Shown here piece by piece: positions 1 through 10,238 of a stretch of DNA of 64,000 nt. Location of the stretch: positions 544,001 through 608,000 of the forward strand of contig CAVVMW010000006.1 in assembly GCA_963749495.1 (NCBI GenBank), given 5' to 3'. Position 1 is the first letter of the stretch. Every line of letters begins with the position of its first letter. This DNA comes from an uncultured bacterium (lineage in GTDB: Bacteria > Verrucomicrobiota > Verrucomicrobiia > Limisphaerales > UBA8199). The translations under genes and the position numbers were made by a program. The notes under the pieces were generated by a model. It saw only the letters and a program-made list of their open reading frames with translations, was not told where the DNA came from and ran no database searches.

Positions 1-12
1 TCACTGGCCTTT

Positions 13-55
13 CATCCCGGGGGGATGCCTGAGAATAGCCCGAACGCTTCAGCGT
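13..55. repeat. Partial REP/REPIN-type palindrome (same family as 6558-6745 and 28080-28266)
   Basis: CATCCCGGGGGGATG..GAGAATAGCCC.AACGCTTCAGCGT matches the left arm at 28080-28125. Confidence 0.7.
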
Positions 56-76
56 GCGTGGTGGGGCTTTTTTGAG

Positions 77-140
77 AACCACGGAACGGAATACACGGGA
101 AAAGGCCCTCCTTCCGTGTGTTCCGTGTATTCCGTGGTTT
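77..140. repeat. Intergenic inverted repeat (AACCACGGA...TCCGTGGTT family), possible terminator of the GH94 gene
   Basis: AACCACGGAACGGAATACACGG pairs with CCGTGTATTCCGTGGTT. Confidence 0.65.
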
Positions 141-146
141 CTCTAT

Positions 147-2516
147 TCAGGCGGGGATGCTGACGTGGAGGTCATAGGTTCTGTTGGGCTGCGGGTTGGT
201 GAGGTGGTTGGCGGGCAGGGGGTGGCCGTCGGCGGTCACTTGGGTAGCAGAAATGCCAGGCTGGCGGCGGATTTCGACATGGAAGGTCGCGCCGCGAAAT
301 TCGCGGGTGACGTTGGCGTGGTCCCAGTGTGTGGGCAGTTGGGGTTGGATGACCAGGCCTTGCCTGTCGCCCCTGAGGCCGAAGAGGCCCTCGACGAGGC
401 AGCGGTAGAACCACGAGACGGTGCCGGTATTGAACAAGTGGCTGGAGCGGCCGGCGGTGCGCGGGTGTTGGGAATAAGCCCCGCGGTAGTAATTGGGGAT
501 ATAGACCGGCAGTTGGCCGCGCCGGCGGTAGTCGGCGGCATCCGGGCCGGGGATCATCTGGCGCAGCAGGCGGAAGGCGCGGTCGCGCTCGCCGACGGTG
601 TAGAGGCTGCAGATGTAAAACGCGGCGGCGTGGTTATAGACCGAACCATTCTCGGCCGAGCCGGGGAATTTCTGGGTGACGCGGCCGATGTCGTCGCGCA
701 TGGCGGTGAAGGCGGGGCCGAGGAGCATGACGCCGTAGGGGGTTTCGAGGTGCTCGGCTACGGCCTGGAGAATGAGGCGGCGCTGCGCTTCATTGGCGGC
801 CCCGCTGAGAATGGCCCAGCTTTGCGGGTTGAGGAAGATGCGGCCTTCCTTGTCTTTGCTGGCGCCGAAGATGACACCGTCGTCGGTGATGCCCCGGGCG
901 AACCATCGTCCGTCCCAAAGCCAGGTGTTGACGGCCTGGTTGATCTCGAGGGCGCCGGTCCTGAATTGTTGCGCCAGTTGGGGGGCGTTTTCATCCGCGC
1001 AGATCTCGGCCCAAAGGTTCAGGGCGTAGGCCGTGGCGAGCGAGAGCCAGCCGGAGACGCCTTTGCCCTTGTAGCCCACCATGTTCATGGGGTCGCACCA
1101 GTCGCCCTGGCCGATGTAGCTCAACCCGCGCTGGTCGCGGGCCTGGAGCAGCCAGCGCATGGCGTGGGTAATCCGCTCGAAGGCAGTGAGGCTGCGGCTC
1201 TGGGCGTCGGTCACTGGCTCGCGCAGGATGGCATAGTCGTTGGTTTCGTCCAGGTAGGCCTTGAGGCAAACGGGCAGCCAGACGCAATGGTCGGCATGGG
1301 GAATCCGGTTGATGTATTTCAAGGTTGCGCCTTGGGCCAGGAGGATGCCATCGGGCATGGCGCCGCCGGCTTCCTGCTGGCTGAGTGCGCGCAGGAACGT
1401 GGCGCGGGCAACCTGGGGTTGGATGTAGCTCATGCCCATGTTGTCCTGGAGGTAATTGCGGGTCTGCGGATCGGTCGTGAGGCGGTTGACGTCGCCATGA
1501 TAGAAGACCTGGCGCGGCAACCAGTGATTGACGAAGTTGTCCAGGACGGGGTCCGGGGTTTGGATTTTGAGGCAGCCTTTGCCCTGGGCGATGTGTGCGG
1601 CGTATTGGGCGGCGGCGCGCGCGAAGCCTTCGGCGCCGAGGTGCTTGTCGCGCAAGGCGATTATCTCCGCATCGTCAAACGCCGGACCGAAGATGAAGCG
1701 GTAGTCCTCGCCCCGGCCGGGGGCCAGTTGCAGGCGGTATTGCAGGACGGCCAACGGCGTCTCGTAGAGGGCGTCGCCTTTGGAGAGCTCTGGCTGCTGG
1801 GCGCCGGTTGGATGGTGCAGACCGCCTTCGCCTTCGAAGGCCTCCTGTCTTGCCTCCCAGGCTGCCGGCGCTCGATCCGCGAGGAAGAACGTTTTGTCTT
1901 TGAAACTCCTTTGGCTGAAGTAGTCGTCCACCCGTTGATAGGGGGTCACGCAGGCGGCGACGATGCCGGCCAGGTCCGGGCGGTATTGGGCGCACTGGTT
2001 CATCCAGCTCATGTAGCCTATGGGAAAATAGGGGTAGAGACTCAGCTTGCGCGGGCGGGCGGAGCGGTTGCGGACCTGCACGCTCCAGAGTTCGACCACG
2101 TCGTCGGCGGCGAGCCCAACAACGATCTCCAGAGCGACGCCATCCTTCTCGATGCTCCAGCGAATGTCACTCTTGCCCACGGAGAACGTGAAGCGATCGA
2201 GCGGGGCGCGGACGGGTTCGTAAGGAGCGGAAAACAGCGCGCCGGTCTGCTCGTCCTTCACGTAGAAGAAGCGGCCGGGGTGGTGGGAGTAATAGGGTTG
2301 CTCCGGCTGCATGAAGGACCTGGCTTCGAGGTTGGGGGCGTAAGCGTATTTGGCCGGCTCCGGCTGCATGAACTGGGCGACGGCATAGCCGCGGCAAGTG
2401 ATCTGGAGCAGCATGCGCCGGTTCCACAGGAAGCCTGCAGCGCGGGGAAGGTCCAAGGGGTTGTCGAGCTCGAAGCGCTCGCCGTTATGGGTAGGTTGCA
2501 GCGCCGGATTACTCAT
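147..2516 (-). CDS. GH94 glycoside phosphorylase, cellobionic acid phosphorylase type
   Basis: 789 aa; motifs [49 protein letters not shown] match my recollection of Saccharophagus/Xanthomonas cellobionic acid phosphorylases. Confidence 0.9.
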   Translation of the reverse strand: MSNPALQPTHNGERFELDNPLDLPRAAGFLWNRRMLLQITCRGYAVAQFMQPEPAKYAYAPNLEARSFMQPEQPYYSHHPGRFFYVKDEQTGALFSAPYEPVRAPLDRFTFSVGKSDIRWSIEKDGVALEIVVGLAADDVVELWSVQVRNRSARPRKLSLYPYFPIGYMSWMNQCAQYRPDLAGIVAACVTPYQRVDDYFSQRSFKDKTFFLADRAPAAWEARQEAFEGEGGLHHPTGAQQPELSKGDALYETPLAVLQYRLQLAPGRGEDYRFIFGPAFDDAEIIALRDKHLGAEGFARAAAQYAAHIAQGKGCLKIQTPDPVLDNFVNHWLPRQVFYHGDVNRLTTDPQTRNYLQDNMGMSYIQPQVARATFLRALSQQEAGGAMPDGILLAQGATLKYINRIPHADHCVWLPVCLKAYLDETNDYAILREPVTDAQSRSLTAFERITHAMRWLLQARDQRGLSYIGQGDWCDPMNMVGYKGKGVSGWLSLATAYALNLWAEICADENAPQLAQQFRTGALEINQAVNTWLWDGRWFARGITDDGVIFGASKDKEGRIFLNPQSWAILSGAANEAQRRLILQAVAEHLETPYGVMLLGPAFTAMRDDIGRVTQKFPGSAENGSVYNHAAAFYICSLYTVGERDRAFRLLRQMIPGPDAADYRRRGQLPVYIPNYYRGAYSQHPRTAGRSSHLFNTGTVSWFYRCLVEGLFGLRGDRQGLVIQPQLPTHWDHANVTREFRGATFHVEIRRQPGISATQVTADGHPLPANHLTNPQPNRTYDLHVSIPA

Positions 2517-3909
2517 TAACTTGGGCCGGTTTGGCGGTTGCCGAAGCGGTTTTTCGCTGCTCCAGGTGGGTTTGGATTTGGGACAGGGTCTTATTATCCA
2601 GCTTGTAGAAGATCATCACCGCTGCGGCCAGGAACGCGAACAGGGCGGGGATGAGCGACATCAAAAGGATGATGCCGGTCTGAGATTTGGGAGTCTGGGC
2701 GACGTTGGCCACGTAGCCGAGGCCGGTAAATACCCAGCCCATCGTCACGGCCGCCAGGGCCGTGCCGAGTTTCTGGGAGAAGGTGGCGGCGGCGAAGGTG
2801 AGGGCGGTCGCCCGGCGCCCCGTGCGCCATTCGGTGTAGTCGGCCGTATCGGCATACATGGCGAAGGCCAGCGGCGATTTGGGGCCAAGCACAAGGCCCA
2901 TGGCGATTTGCAGGGCGAACATCGAGGCGATTTGGTCCTTTGGAACAAAGAAAAACACGATGGACAGAAGGCCCGTGGCGCTCATCAGAATCATCAACAA
3001 GACCCTTTTGTCCAGGAAGCGCGTCAGCAGGGGTGTGAGCGAGGCGCCGGCCGCTGCCGCCATCGTGTAGGCGGCCACGAGCGTTCCCGCCAGTTCGGGG
3101 CGCCGGACATAATATTTGCAGTAGTAGGTGGCAGTCGAACTGCGCAGCGTGATCGTGATCATGATGATCAGCGCCAGGACGAACAGGACCATCCAGGGAC
3201 CGTTATGGGCCAGGTCTTTCACATCCTGCCAGACGCGGGTCTTTTGAGCGGGAGGCGGGGTAATGCGCTCGCGGGTATTGAAAAAGGTCACTGCGAAGAT
3301 GCACGAGGCGGCAATGCCCCAAAACATCATGGTCGGGGGCCAACCCAATCGCGGGTTGCCCCGGCCCAGCCATTTCACCAGGAACGGCGTGAGCGAGGTC
3401 ACCAGCGTGCTGCCAGTGAAGGCGAAGATGAAGCGCAGGCCGTTGATGGTGGAGCGCTCCTGAGGATCGCCCGACATGACGCCCGAGAGGGCATTGTAGG
3501 GGATGTTGATGCCGGTGTAGCAGGTCATCATCAGGAGGTATGTGCCGTAGGCCCAGAGCAGTTTTCCGCCGCCGCTCAGGTTCGGCGTGGTGTAAGTGAG
3601 GACGCCGGCGCAGGCCAGGGGCAGGGCCATCCAGATCAAGTAGGGACGGAACTTGCCGAAGCGCGTCCGGGTGCGGTCCGCGGCGGCGCCAATGACGGGG
3701 TCGGTGAAGGCATTGACCACTTTGATGGCAAAGAGCATGGAGCCCGCGGCGGCGGCGGAGATGCCAAAGACATCCGTGTAGAAGATCATCAGGAAGGTGG
3801 CGATATTGGCCCAGAAGAAATTGAACCCCATATCGGCCAGACCGTAGCTGATCTTCTCACGCCAAGGTATATGGCGGGCTGCCGAGGTTGCGCCGGCAAC
3901 GGTGTTCAC
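2509..3909 (-). CDS. MFS glycoside-pentoside-hexuronide (GPH):cation symporter
   Basis: [37 protein letters not shown] motifs; about 12 hydrophobic segments; stop overlaps the GH94 start. Confidence 0.92.
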   Translation of the reverse strand: MNTVAGATSAARHIPWREKISYGLADMGFNFFWANIATFLMIFYTDVFGISAAAAGSMLFAIKVVNAFTDPVIGAAADRTRTRFGKFRPYLIWMALPLACAGVLTYTTPNLSGGGKLLWAYGTYLLMMTCYTGINIPYNALSGVMSGDPQERSTINGLRFIFAFTGSTLVTSLTPFLVKWLGRGNPRLGWPPTMMFWGIAASCIFAVTFFNTRERITPPPAQKTRVWQDVKDLAHNGPWMVLFVLALIIMITITLRSSTATYYCKYYVRRPELAGTLVAAYTMAAAAGASLTPLLTRFLDKRVLLMILMSATGLLSIVFFFVPKDQIASMFALQIAMGLVLGPKSPLAFAMYADTADYTEWRTGRRATALTFAAATFSQKLGTALAAVTMGWVFTGLGYVANVAQTPKSQTGIILLMSLIPALFAFLAAAVMIFYKLDNKTLSQIQTHLEQRKTASATAKPAQVNE

Positions 3910-4122
3910 GGGAGCGCCTGGTTCTTATTCGCCCCAACGGCTTAGTGGTATCTCATGCCGCCCGGTTTTAGCATGGCCGCCGGGTCAAGGGCAAACCCTC
4001 TATTTCCTCAAGGGCTGGTATGAAGGATGCCGTTGGCGTCCCATCCCGGGCGAATAATCCTCTGCGCCAGAGCGTCTAATTGTTCAGGGAGTCCGGAGGC
4101 AAACCCCGCGGAGAATCGATGC

Positions 4123-4338
4123 ATGATAGACCCACGGCGAAACGAAATCCAATCTGCTGCGGGAGTGCTGGGCGGCGGCACGGAGGCGCGATCACTCCTG
4201 GCCGAATTGGCTCAGTTGAAAGCCACGCTCGCCGGCAACGAGATCCAGCGGCGGGTGCCGCAGAGCCGGCAACGCTATTGGAGCAGAATCGAACGAGCCA
4301 TCACCCGGAAGGGGGCCGCTGCACGGCACTTTGAGTGA
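4123..4338 (+). pseudogene. Short anti-sigma-factor-like fragment
   Basis: EARSLLAELAQLKATLAGNE..VPQSRQRYWSRIERAI resembles the N-terminus of verrucomicrobial anti-sigma proteins; no TM segment follows. Confidence 0.35.
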
Positions 4339-4428
4339 CTTTCGCGGCCTTTGTCGCAGCCTTTGTCGCGGCCTTTGTCGAACCCCGGCTCCGCTCGACA
4401 AGGGCTGCGACAAAGGTTGCGACAAAGA
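4339..4428. repeat. Palindrome built from 12-bp tandem units (CTTTGTCGCRGC / GCGACAAAG)
   Basis: Three to four direct units followed by their inverted copies. Confidence 0.8.
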
Positions 4429-4498
4429 TACCAAAGTCATGAAATATCCGCATTTAGTCGCAGTGGCCGGCACCCAGGTTTTGCTGGCTGGCTGCGCG

Positions 4499-5044
4499 TC
4501 AACCCTGAAGGTCTTCCGGGTTCACACGGTCCGCCCTGACTATGAAGTGGGGTTTCTCCGGGCCCTGTCCAGTGTGTTTGCGCAGGGCGTCCATCACGCG
4601 CTTGACGAATTCCGGCGAGTCGTGCGGCCCCTGGATGTAAAGCGGCTTGCCCTCCTGGCCGAAGGTGAAGGTCGTGCGGCACTCAGTCGAATCGATTCCG
4701 CTCAGCACATGGCTGGCTCGCTTGTAATCAGGGTGCGGCTCCAGACCGAAGCTTCGGGCGTAGGCGATGGCATCCTCGATCAGCTTTTTCGCGCAGGCTG
4801 GAGCGAGGGGCTCCCTGCCCTCCCGGAAGACGCGGTCCAGGAAACTCTCCCAGTTGGCAGCCGGCATCCGGGTCATGAAGGCGTCCTTGACACCCAGGCA
4901 AAAGGCATCCACGAGGAAGACCCCCACTGTCATTATGCCGCCGGCGCCGCTGGCCTTTTGCTGGCCGACCACCACCTCACCCATGCCGCTGTCCGGGTCG
5001 AACATCTTCAGCGACCGAAATGCCTCATAGGTTTTCTTTGACAT
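4499..5044 (-). CDS. Conserved hypothetical protein
   Basis: GVFLVDAFCLGVKDAF, AYARSFGLEPHPDY, FGQEGKPLYIQGPHD look like a widespread uncharacterised family; ATG at 5044. Confidence 0.7.
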   Translation of the reverse strand: MSKKTYEAFRSLKMFDPDSGMGEVVVGQQKASGAGGIMTVGVFLVDAFCLGVKDAFMTRMPAANWESFLDRVFREGREPLAPACAKKLIEDAIAYARSFGLEPHPDYKRASHVLSGIDSTECRTTFTFGQEGKPLYIQGPHDSPEFVKRVMDALRKHTGQGPEKPHFIVRADRVNPEDLQG

Positions 5045-5265
5045 ACTTCTTGCGAGTGCGGGGCGTCTCTTCGTTGCAGCCCCCGTCTGTCCTGAACGAA
5101 ACAGGAGGTTGCTCGCTCTCGAGGCCCTGAACAATTCTCGGACGACACACTGCCATGATCATGCGCCTGGTTTCAAGAAGAACTACCGAGCTCCAGGGTC
5201 CGTCTTGAGGAACCTGAGCAACTGCTCGGTTACCTTCCGGCAACCGGCTACGCCTGCGTGCATGC

Positions 5266-5433
5266 GCAAAGCGCATCGAGGTGGCGGAGCTCAAGTCCAG
5301 AGACAAGCTGCCGGGCCGCCGCGGCACGTTGCCGGGCACCCAAGGGAGCTTCGCCGCCCTCACGCCGGAGAGTCTGATCCTCACGGCCTTCAAGGCCGCC
5401 GAAGCCGGCCGGAGACTCGTCGCGCGCAATTGA
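5266..5433 (+). pseudogene. Relic resembling a GH38 alpha-mannosidase C-terminal segment
   Basis: Own translation: GTLPGTQGSFAALTPESLILTAFKAAEAGRRLVARN*; no start codon. Confidence 0.35.
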
Positions 5434-5484
5434 CTCGCGCAAGCTGTGAAGAACCGCACTCATAGCAGCGCGGTTTTTCCTGCT

Positions 5485-5513
5485 TTGCCAGCCCCGGGCT
5501 TCCTGGTTACTCT
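5485..5513 (+). promoter_or_regulatory. Sigma70-like promoter of trpS (probably leaderless)
   Basis: TTGCCA-17 bp-TACTCT, 5 nt before the ATG. Confidence 0.6.
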
Positions 5514-5518
5514 ATGGG

Positions 5519-6484
5519 ATGCGAATCTTATCAGGCATCCAGCCCTCGGGCGCGCTGCACCTGGGCAATTATTTTGGGATGATGCGCCAGTCGCTCGCCT
5601 TGCAGGAGCAGGGCGAGGCCTATTATTTCATCGCCAACTACCATTCGATGACCTCGCTGTTCGACCCGGAGCTGCGGCGCCGGAACACGCTGGACGTGGC
5701 GCTGGATTTCCTGGCCTGCGGGCTGGACCCCAAGCGAACGGTGTTCTTCCGCCAGTCCGACGTGCCGGAGGTGACGGAATTGACCTGGCTGCTCGGGACG
5801 GTCACGCCGATGGGCCTGCTGGAGCGGTGCCACTCTTACAAAGACAAGCTGGCCCGGGGCATTTCACCCAACTTCGGCCTGTTTGCCTACCCGGTGTTGA
5901 TGGCGGCGGACATCCTCATTTACGACTCGAACATCGTGCCGGTGGGCCGCGACCAGAAGCAGCATGTGGAGGTGACGCGCGACATCGCCATCAAGTTCAA
6001 CGAGCAGTATGGGCAGACGTTCGTCGTGCCCGAGCCCCAGATCCAGGAGGCCACGGCCGCCATTCCGGGCACGGACGGCCAGAAGATGAGCAAGAGCTAC
6101 GGCAATACCATCGATATCTTCGGCGAGGAAAAGGCCCTCCGCAAGCAGGTCATGGGCATCGTGATGGACAGCCGCACCCCGCAGGAACCCAAGCCCGACG
6201 CCGATAAGAACCTGGCCATCCAGTTGCTCAGGCAGGTGGCCCCGGCCCAGGTGGCAACGGATTACGAGGACCGCCTCCGCGCCGGCGGACTTGGCTACGG
6301 CGACCTCAAGAAGACCCTCTTCCAATACTACTGGGAGCACTTCGCCGCCGCCCGCGCCAAACGCGCGGAACTGGCCGCGAACCTCGGCTGCGTCGAGCAA
6401 GTCCTCCGCGACGGCGCCACCCGCGCCCGGACCAAGGCCCGCGAGGTCCTCGCCCGCGCCAGGAAGGCCAGCGGGGTGGAGTAA
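5519..6484 (+). CDS. trpS: Tryptophan--tRNA ligase
   Basis: SGIQPSG..HLGNY (HIGH-like), YPVLMAADIL, VPVGRDQKQH, KMSKS. Confidence 0.97.
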   Translation: MRILSGIQPSGALHLGNYFGMMRQSLALQEQGEAYYFIANYHSMTSLFDPELRRRNTLDVALDFLACGLDPKRTVFFRQSDVPEVTELTWLLGTVTPMGLLERCHSYKDKLARGISPNFGLFAYPVLMAADILIYDSNIVPVGRDQKQHVEVTRDIAIKFNEQYGQTFVVPEPQIQEATAAIPGTDGQKMSKSYGNTIDIFGEEKALRKQVMGIVMDSRTPQEPKPDADKNLAIQLLRQVAPAQVATDYEDRLRAGGLGYGDLKKTLFQYYWEHFAAARAKRAELAANLGCVEQVLRDGATRARTKAREVLARARKASGVE

Positions 6485-6492
6485 CGGCGGCG

Positions 6493-6780
6493 CAGGTGCA
6501 GCGACGCTTATCCCCAGGATTTGCGGCCGAACTCAGCGGCCCGCCCCGGCCGAGTGCTGTCCCGGAGGGACACCCGACAATAGCCCAACGTTTCAACGTT
6601 GGGTACGAGCGCCCAAACCCTCACAAGTCCCGAAGGGACGGCTGAGTCGGGGACGATTTCAACCGTCCCTTCGGGATTTGTTGACCTTTGTTTGACTAAA
6701 CCCAACGTTGAAACGTTGGGCTATTCTCATAGGTCCCTCCGGGACGAGCATGAAGTCCTGGTGACATCAGGTGCAGCGAC
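6493..6780. mobile_element. MITE-like element containing a REPIN, flanked by a 13-bp direct repeat
   Basis: CAGGTGCAGCGAC at 6493-6505 and 6768-6780; imperfect TIRs TTATCCCCAGGATTT / ATGTCACCAGGACTT; nested palindromes 6558-6745. Confidence 0.7.
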
Positions 6781-7619
6781 TGCGCCAGCACTGGCGAGAG
6801 ATGCAGCGATTCGACGGTGACTTCGGTACGGCCAAGCAAGGTTGCCTGCGAGGAGCGGCCGGCTTCGAGTTCGACGAGGTGAAGCCGCAAACGGTCGGGC
6901 AGTTTGCGCCCATGGACTCGGTCACCAGTCCGCCCGTCATAGCTAACCAGGTACTTGATTTCCCGGTAATTGAGCGATTCCAGCACCTCGATGAATTCAT
7001 CGAAGAGCACGCCCCGCAGATAGCGCGGGTCGCGCTCGCCGCAGACGCCTTGGTACGGAGGATCCAAGTAGATTAGGTCGTCTTGCGTGGCTTGGGCCAC
7101 CACTTCCCGGTAATCGAGCGAGAGGCACGTGGTTCTCCCCCGGAGCAGGTGGGATGCGCCAAAAATGTGTCCTCGCATCGTTTCCGGGAGCGCGCCCCTG
7201 CGGCGGTTGTCCGGACTTTGATTGAACTCACCGTTGGCGTTATAGCGCACGGCGGCCTTCACGCAACGGGCCAGCAGGTAGAGCAGGCGATCCGGGCGCG
7301 CCTTCCGGTTGAACTCATCCCGAATCCTGTCGTAATACTGCCGGCGATCCTGGTGTTGTGCGCGCCAGATCGTTTCGTACTGACGGGCGAGAACCTCGGG
7401 CGAGTCGATAATCGCCTGCCACAGATCGATGAGCGGTTTGTTAAGGTCGTTGATGATGTAGCGTTCAGCGAGTGCCTGCGCTGACGCAGCGAGCGTGATT
7501 GCGGCAGACCCGGCAAACGGCTCGATGAGTGTGGCGACTTTGCCCGGAAAGCAGGCGAGAATGGCCGGGGCGAGATTGCGCTTGCTGCCCTGGTACGGGA
7601 TGGGGTGCGGCACTCTCAT
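6696..7619 (-). CDS. Dam/D12-class DNA adenine methyltransferase (solitary)
   Basis: PIPYQGSKR, IEPFAGSAA (motif I), IYLDPPY (motif IV); ATG at 7619; last codons derive from the repeat element. Confidence 0.88.
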   Translation of the reverse strand: MRVPHPIPYQGSKRNLAPAILACFPGKVATLIEPFAGSAAITLAASAQALAERYIINDLNKPLIDLWQAIIDSPEVLARQYETIWRAQHQDRRQYYDRIRDEFNRKARPDRLLYLLARCVKAAVRYNANGEFNQSPDNRRRGALPETMRGHIFGASHLLRGRTTCLSLDYREVVAQATQDDLIYLDPPYQGVCGERDPRYLRGVLFDEFIEVLESLNYREIKYLVSYDGRTGDRVHGRKLPDRLRLHLVELEAGRSSQATLLGRTEVTVESLHLSPVLAQSLHLMSPGLHARPGGTYENSPTFQRWV

Positions 7620-7801
7620 GGCACCAAAGCGGTCCGAGGCGCCCGCGGGCGTCTGCCTGCACCGTGCAACCGATTCTCCCGATTCCGCTTCTGGATGGTT
7701 CACTGGAGAGACAATATGTTCTCGGCTGGCCCTCGGCAAGCCTGGAGTGCGGAGCGACGGAGGTTCGAGGCTGCCGGGCCCATCCCTGGCACTGGGCCAA
7801 C

Positions 7802-9187
7802 CTACCTCTCCGGTTCCAGCTTCCGCAGTTGTTCCACCAGGTCGGGGTGCAACCTGGCCAGGTTGGTGCGCTCGGCGGGGTCGGCTTCGATATTGGCCAG
7901 GAACCATTCTTTGTCCCGGGGGTTGAGTCTGCCGCCGGCCTCGTCGTTGGGGGCGTGCAGGAGTTTCCAAGGACCTTGTCGAACGGCCCACTGCTCGCCC
8001 AGGCGCCAGTGGAGGACCTCGTGCGGGCTTGGGGCGGTCTGCGAGCGAATGACCGGCACGAGGCTGCGCCCGGTGAGCCTGGCTTTGGGCAACTCCACGC
8101 CGCACAGTTCGGAGAGGGTCGGCAGCCAATCGCAGCCATGGGCAACCTGGTCGCGGGTCTGGCCCTCGGGCAGGTGCCCGGGCCAGGAGATGATGGCGGG
8201 CAGGCGGATGCCGCCCTCGAAGAGGCTGAACTTGGCCCCCCGATAGGGGCCGCTGCTCCCGCCGCCGAAATGGGCGCGTTCCTCGACCGAATGGCCGTTG
8301 TCGGATTGATACACCAGGATGGTCCGCTGGCGCAGGCCCGAGTCGTCGAGGTGCTGCACCAATTGCTGGATGCGGTCATCGAGGGTTGAGACGAAGGCCG
8401 CGTAGAGGTTCCGGGGGTAGGGCACGTTCCGGTCCCGGTAATAGTCGAGCCACTTCACGTCGCCCTGGTACGGATAGTGGGGCATGTTGATGGCGAAATA
8501 AATGAAGAAGGGGCGGTCGCGGTGGCCCTCGATGAAGGCCTTGGCCTTTTCCACCATGAGGTCGGGGAAATAACGGCCTGGCAGCCGAACGCGGCGGTTG
8601 TTCTGCCACAGGTCATGTCGGTTTGGGCCGGCCCAGTAGCAGAAATGGGTGTAGTTATCAATGCAGCCGCCCATGAAGCCGAAGGAATAGTCGAACCCGT
8701 GGTCCAGGGGCCGATGACCGGCGCTGGAGCCGAGGTGCCATTTGCCGATGTGGGCGGTCGCATAGCCGGCGGCGCGGAACATATCGGCGAGGGTAACCTC
8801 GGTGGCGGGCAGGCCCGGGCCGGTCAAGGCATCCAGTTGGTCGGAGGCCTCGGTGGGCGGGGCGGCGCTGTTGTTGGGGATGCCGGCCAGCCACGGGTAA
8901 CGGCCAGTGAGCAGGGCGGCTCGGGAGGGCGAGCAGACCGGGGCGGCCGAATAGAACTGGGTGAACCGCACCCCTTGCGCCGCCAACCGATCCACGGCGG
9001 GCGTGGCCAGGTCCTTCGCCCCATAGCACCCGGCATCGATGCTCCCCTGGTCGTCGGCCATGATGACGATGACGTTGGGCCTCGGGGCCGGATCGCACAA
9101 GGCAGGGAGGACGCCCAGCGCGAAGGAGAGCAGGGTGGCGCGGAGAACACGGGTGAGCAGGCGGCCGGAGGAGGAGCAGGTTTTCAT
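7802..9187 (-). CDS. Sulfatase (formylglycine-dependent, secreted)
   Basis: Signal peptide, PNVIVIMADDQG, CSPSRAALLTG, GKWHLG, SDNG. Confidence 0.95.
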   Translation of the reverse strand: MKTCSSSGRLLTRVLRATLLSFALGVLPALCDPAPRPNVIVIMADDQGSIDAGCYGAKDLATPAVDRLAAQGVRFTQFYSAAPVCSPSRAALLTGRYPWLAGIPNNSAAPPTEASDQLDALTGPGLPATEVTLADMFRAAGYATAHIGKWHLGSSAGHRPLDHGFDYSFGFMGGCIDNYTHFCYWAGPNRHDLWQNNRRVRLPGRYFPDLMVEKAKAFIEGHRDRPFFIYFAINMPHYPYQGDVKWLDYYRDRNVPYPRNLYAAFVSTLDDRIQQLVQHLDDSGLRQRTILVYQSDNGHSVEERAHFGGGSSGPYRGAKFSLFEGGIRLPAIISWPGHLPEGQTRDQVAHGCDWLPTLSELCGVELPKARLTGRSLVPVIRSQTAPSPHEVLHWRLGEQWAVRQGPWKLLHAPNDEAGGRLNPRDKEWFLANIEADPAERTNLARLHPDLVEQLRKLEPER

Positions 9188-9359
9188 TTGGTTCGCAGAG
9201 GGCGCGCGTTTTGGGCGAGGGTAGAGCGAGCAAAGGCGTGAACAAAGATTTTTCCAGCCAGATTCAACAGAAGGAAACGGAGGAGCAAGGCGGGGCTTGG
9301 GGACATCGGGACAACAGACGGTCTTGCTGTGGTGGCGCGGGGAATGCTATGTTGCCGAC

Positions 9360-9578
9360 ATGAAATTGACCGCTGTTTTTGAGCCTGCCAAAGAGGGCGG
9401 CTACACCTGCTTTGTCGAGGAGATTCCGGCTGCCATTTCTGAGGGAGAGACGCTTGAGGAAGCCAAGAGGAATTTGCTCGAGGCGCTCAAGCTCGTCCTT
9501 CAGTGCTATCGCGAGATGGCGGAAAACGAGGTCTCGCCGAACGCGGTGCGCGAGTCAATTCAGTTGGCAGATGCATGA
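9360..9578 (+). CDS. hicB: HicB-family antitoxin (short form)
   Basis: EGGYTCFVEEIPAAISEGETLEEAKRNLLEAL. Confidence 0.88.
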   Translation: MKLTAVFEPAKEGGYTCFVEEIPAAISEGETLEEAKRNLLEALKLVLQCYREMAENEVSPNAVRESIQLADA

Positions 9579-9760
9579 AGCTGCAGGCCCTGGAACGGCA
9601 CCTCCGTCAGCACGGCTGTGTCTTCCACCGCCCAGGCGGGTCTCACAACATCTGGCGCAATCCAGGGTCCCGCAAGCTTGCGAGCGTGCCTCGTCACCGT
9701 GAAGTCAAGGAGAACACGGTTCGGGCCATCTGCCGGCAACTCGAAATCGCCCCACCTTGA
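9575..9760 (+). CDS. hicA: HicA-family mRNA interferase toxin
   Basis: LRQHGC..RPGGSHNIW..VPRHREV..TVRAICRQL; ATGA overlap with hicB. Confidence 0.9.
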   Translation: MKLQALERHLRQHGCVFHRPGGSHNIWRNPGSRKLASVPRHREVKENTVRAICRQLEIAPP

Positions 9761-9888
9761 CGCGGCTGGCGGCACGCGAATACTGGCCTTCCCTGGTGGT
9801 TGTGTCGGGATACGGCCGGTGGGATTGTCGCCCTCGATCTTCGGTTGCAAAAGGGCCGGGGGATGTCCAGGATAGCCTTCTCTGGCCC

Positions 9889-10038
9889 GATGCTCCCCTG
9901 GTCGTCGGCCATGATGACGATGACGTTGGGCTTGGTGGGTTGCTCGCAGAAGGCAGGCAGGACGCCAAGGATGACACAGAGCACAGTGGCGCACAGAACA
10001 CCCTTGAGCGGGCGGTTAGGAGAACAGCAGGTTTTCAT
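9889..10038 (-). pseudogene. Duplicated 5-prime fragment of the sulfatase gene
   Basis: MKTCC..PNVIVIMADDQGSI parallels 9038-9187; upstream DNA also homologous to about 10136. Confidence 0.85.
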
Positions 10039-10238
10039 TTGGTTCGCAGACGGCGCGCGTCTTCGGCAAGGGTAGGCCCGGGGACGGGGATGGACAAAGG
10101 TTTTTTCTGGTCAGACCGAACAGAAGGAAACGGAGGGAACGGAGGAGGCGCTGCCGGGCACCCGGCAGTCCGCGGCTCACCATGGGCGGTGTGAAAAGCA
10201 GAAAGCCGACCCTGTGTTCGTTTCCCTGGGTGGGATCC

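Noticed and set aside
54..3945. Long + strand ORFs (821 aa, 515 aa) and similar antisense ORFs elsewhere (e.g. 16417-18591, 20138-23041, 32241-33743, 41083-43119)
   Set aside because: Antisense shadows of well-supported genes in high-GC DNA; no motifs
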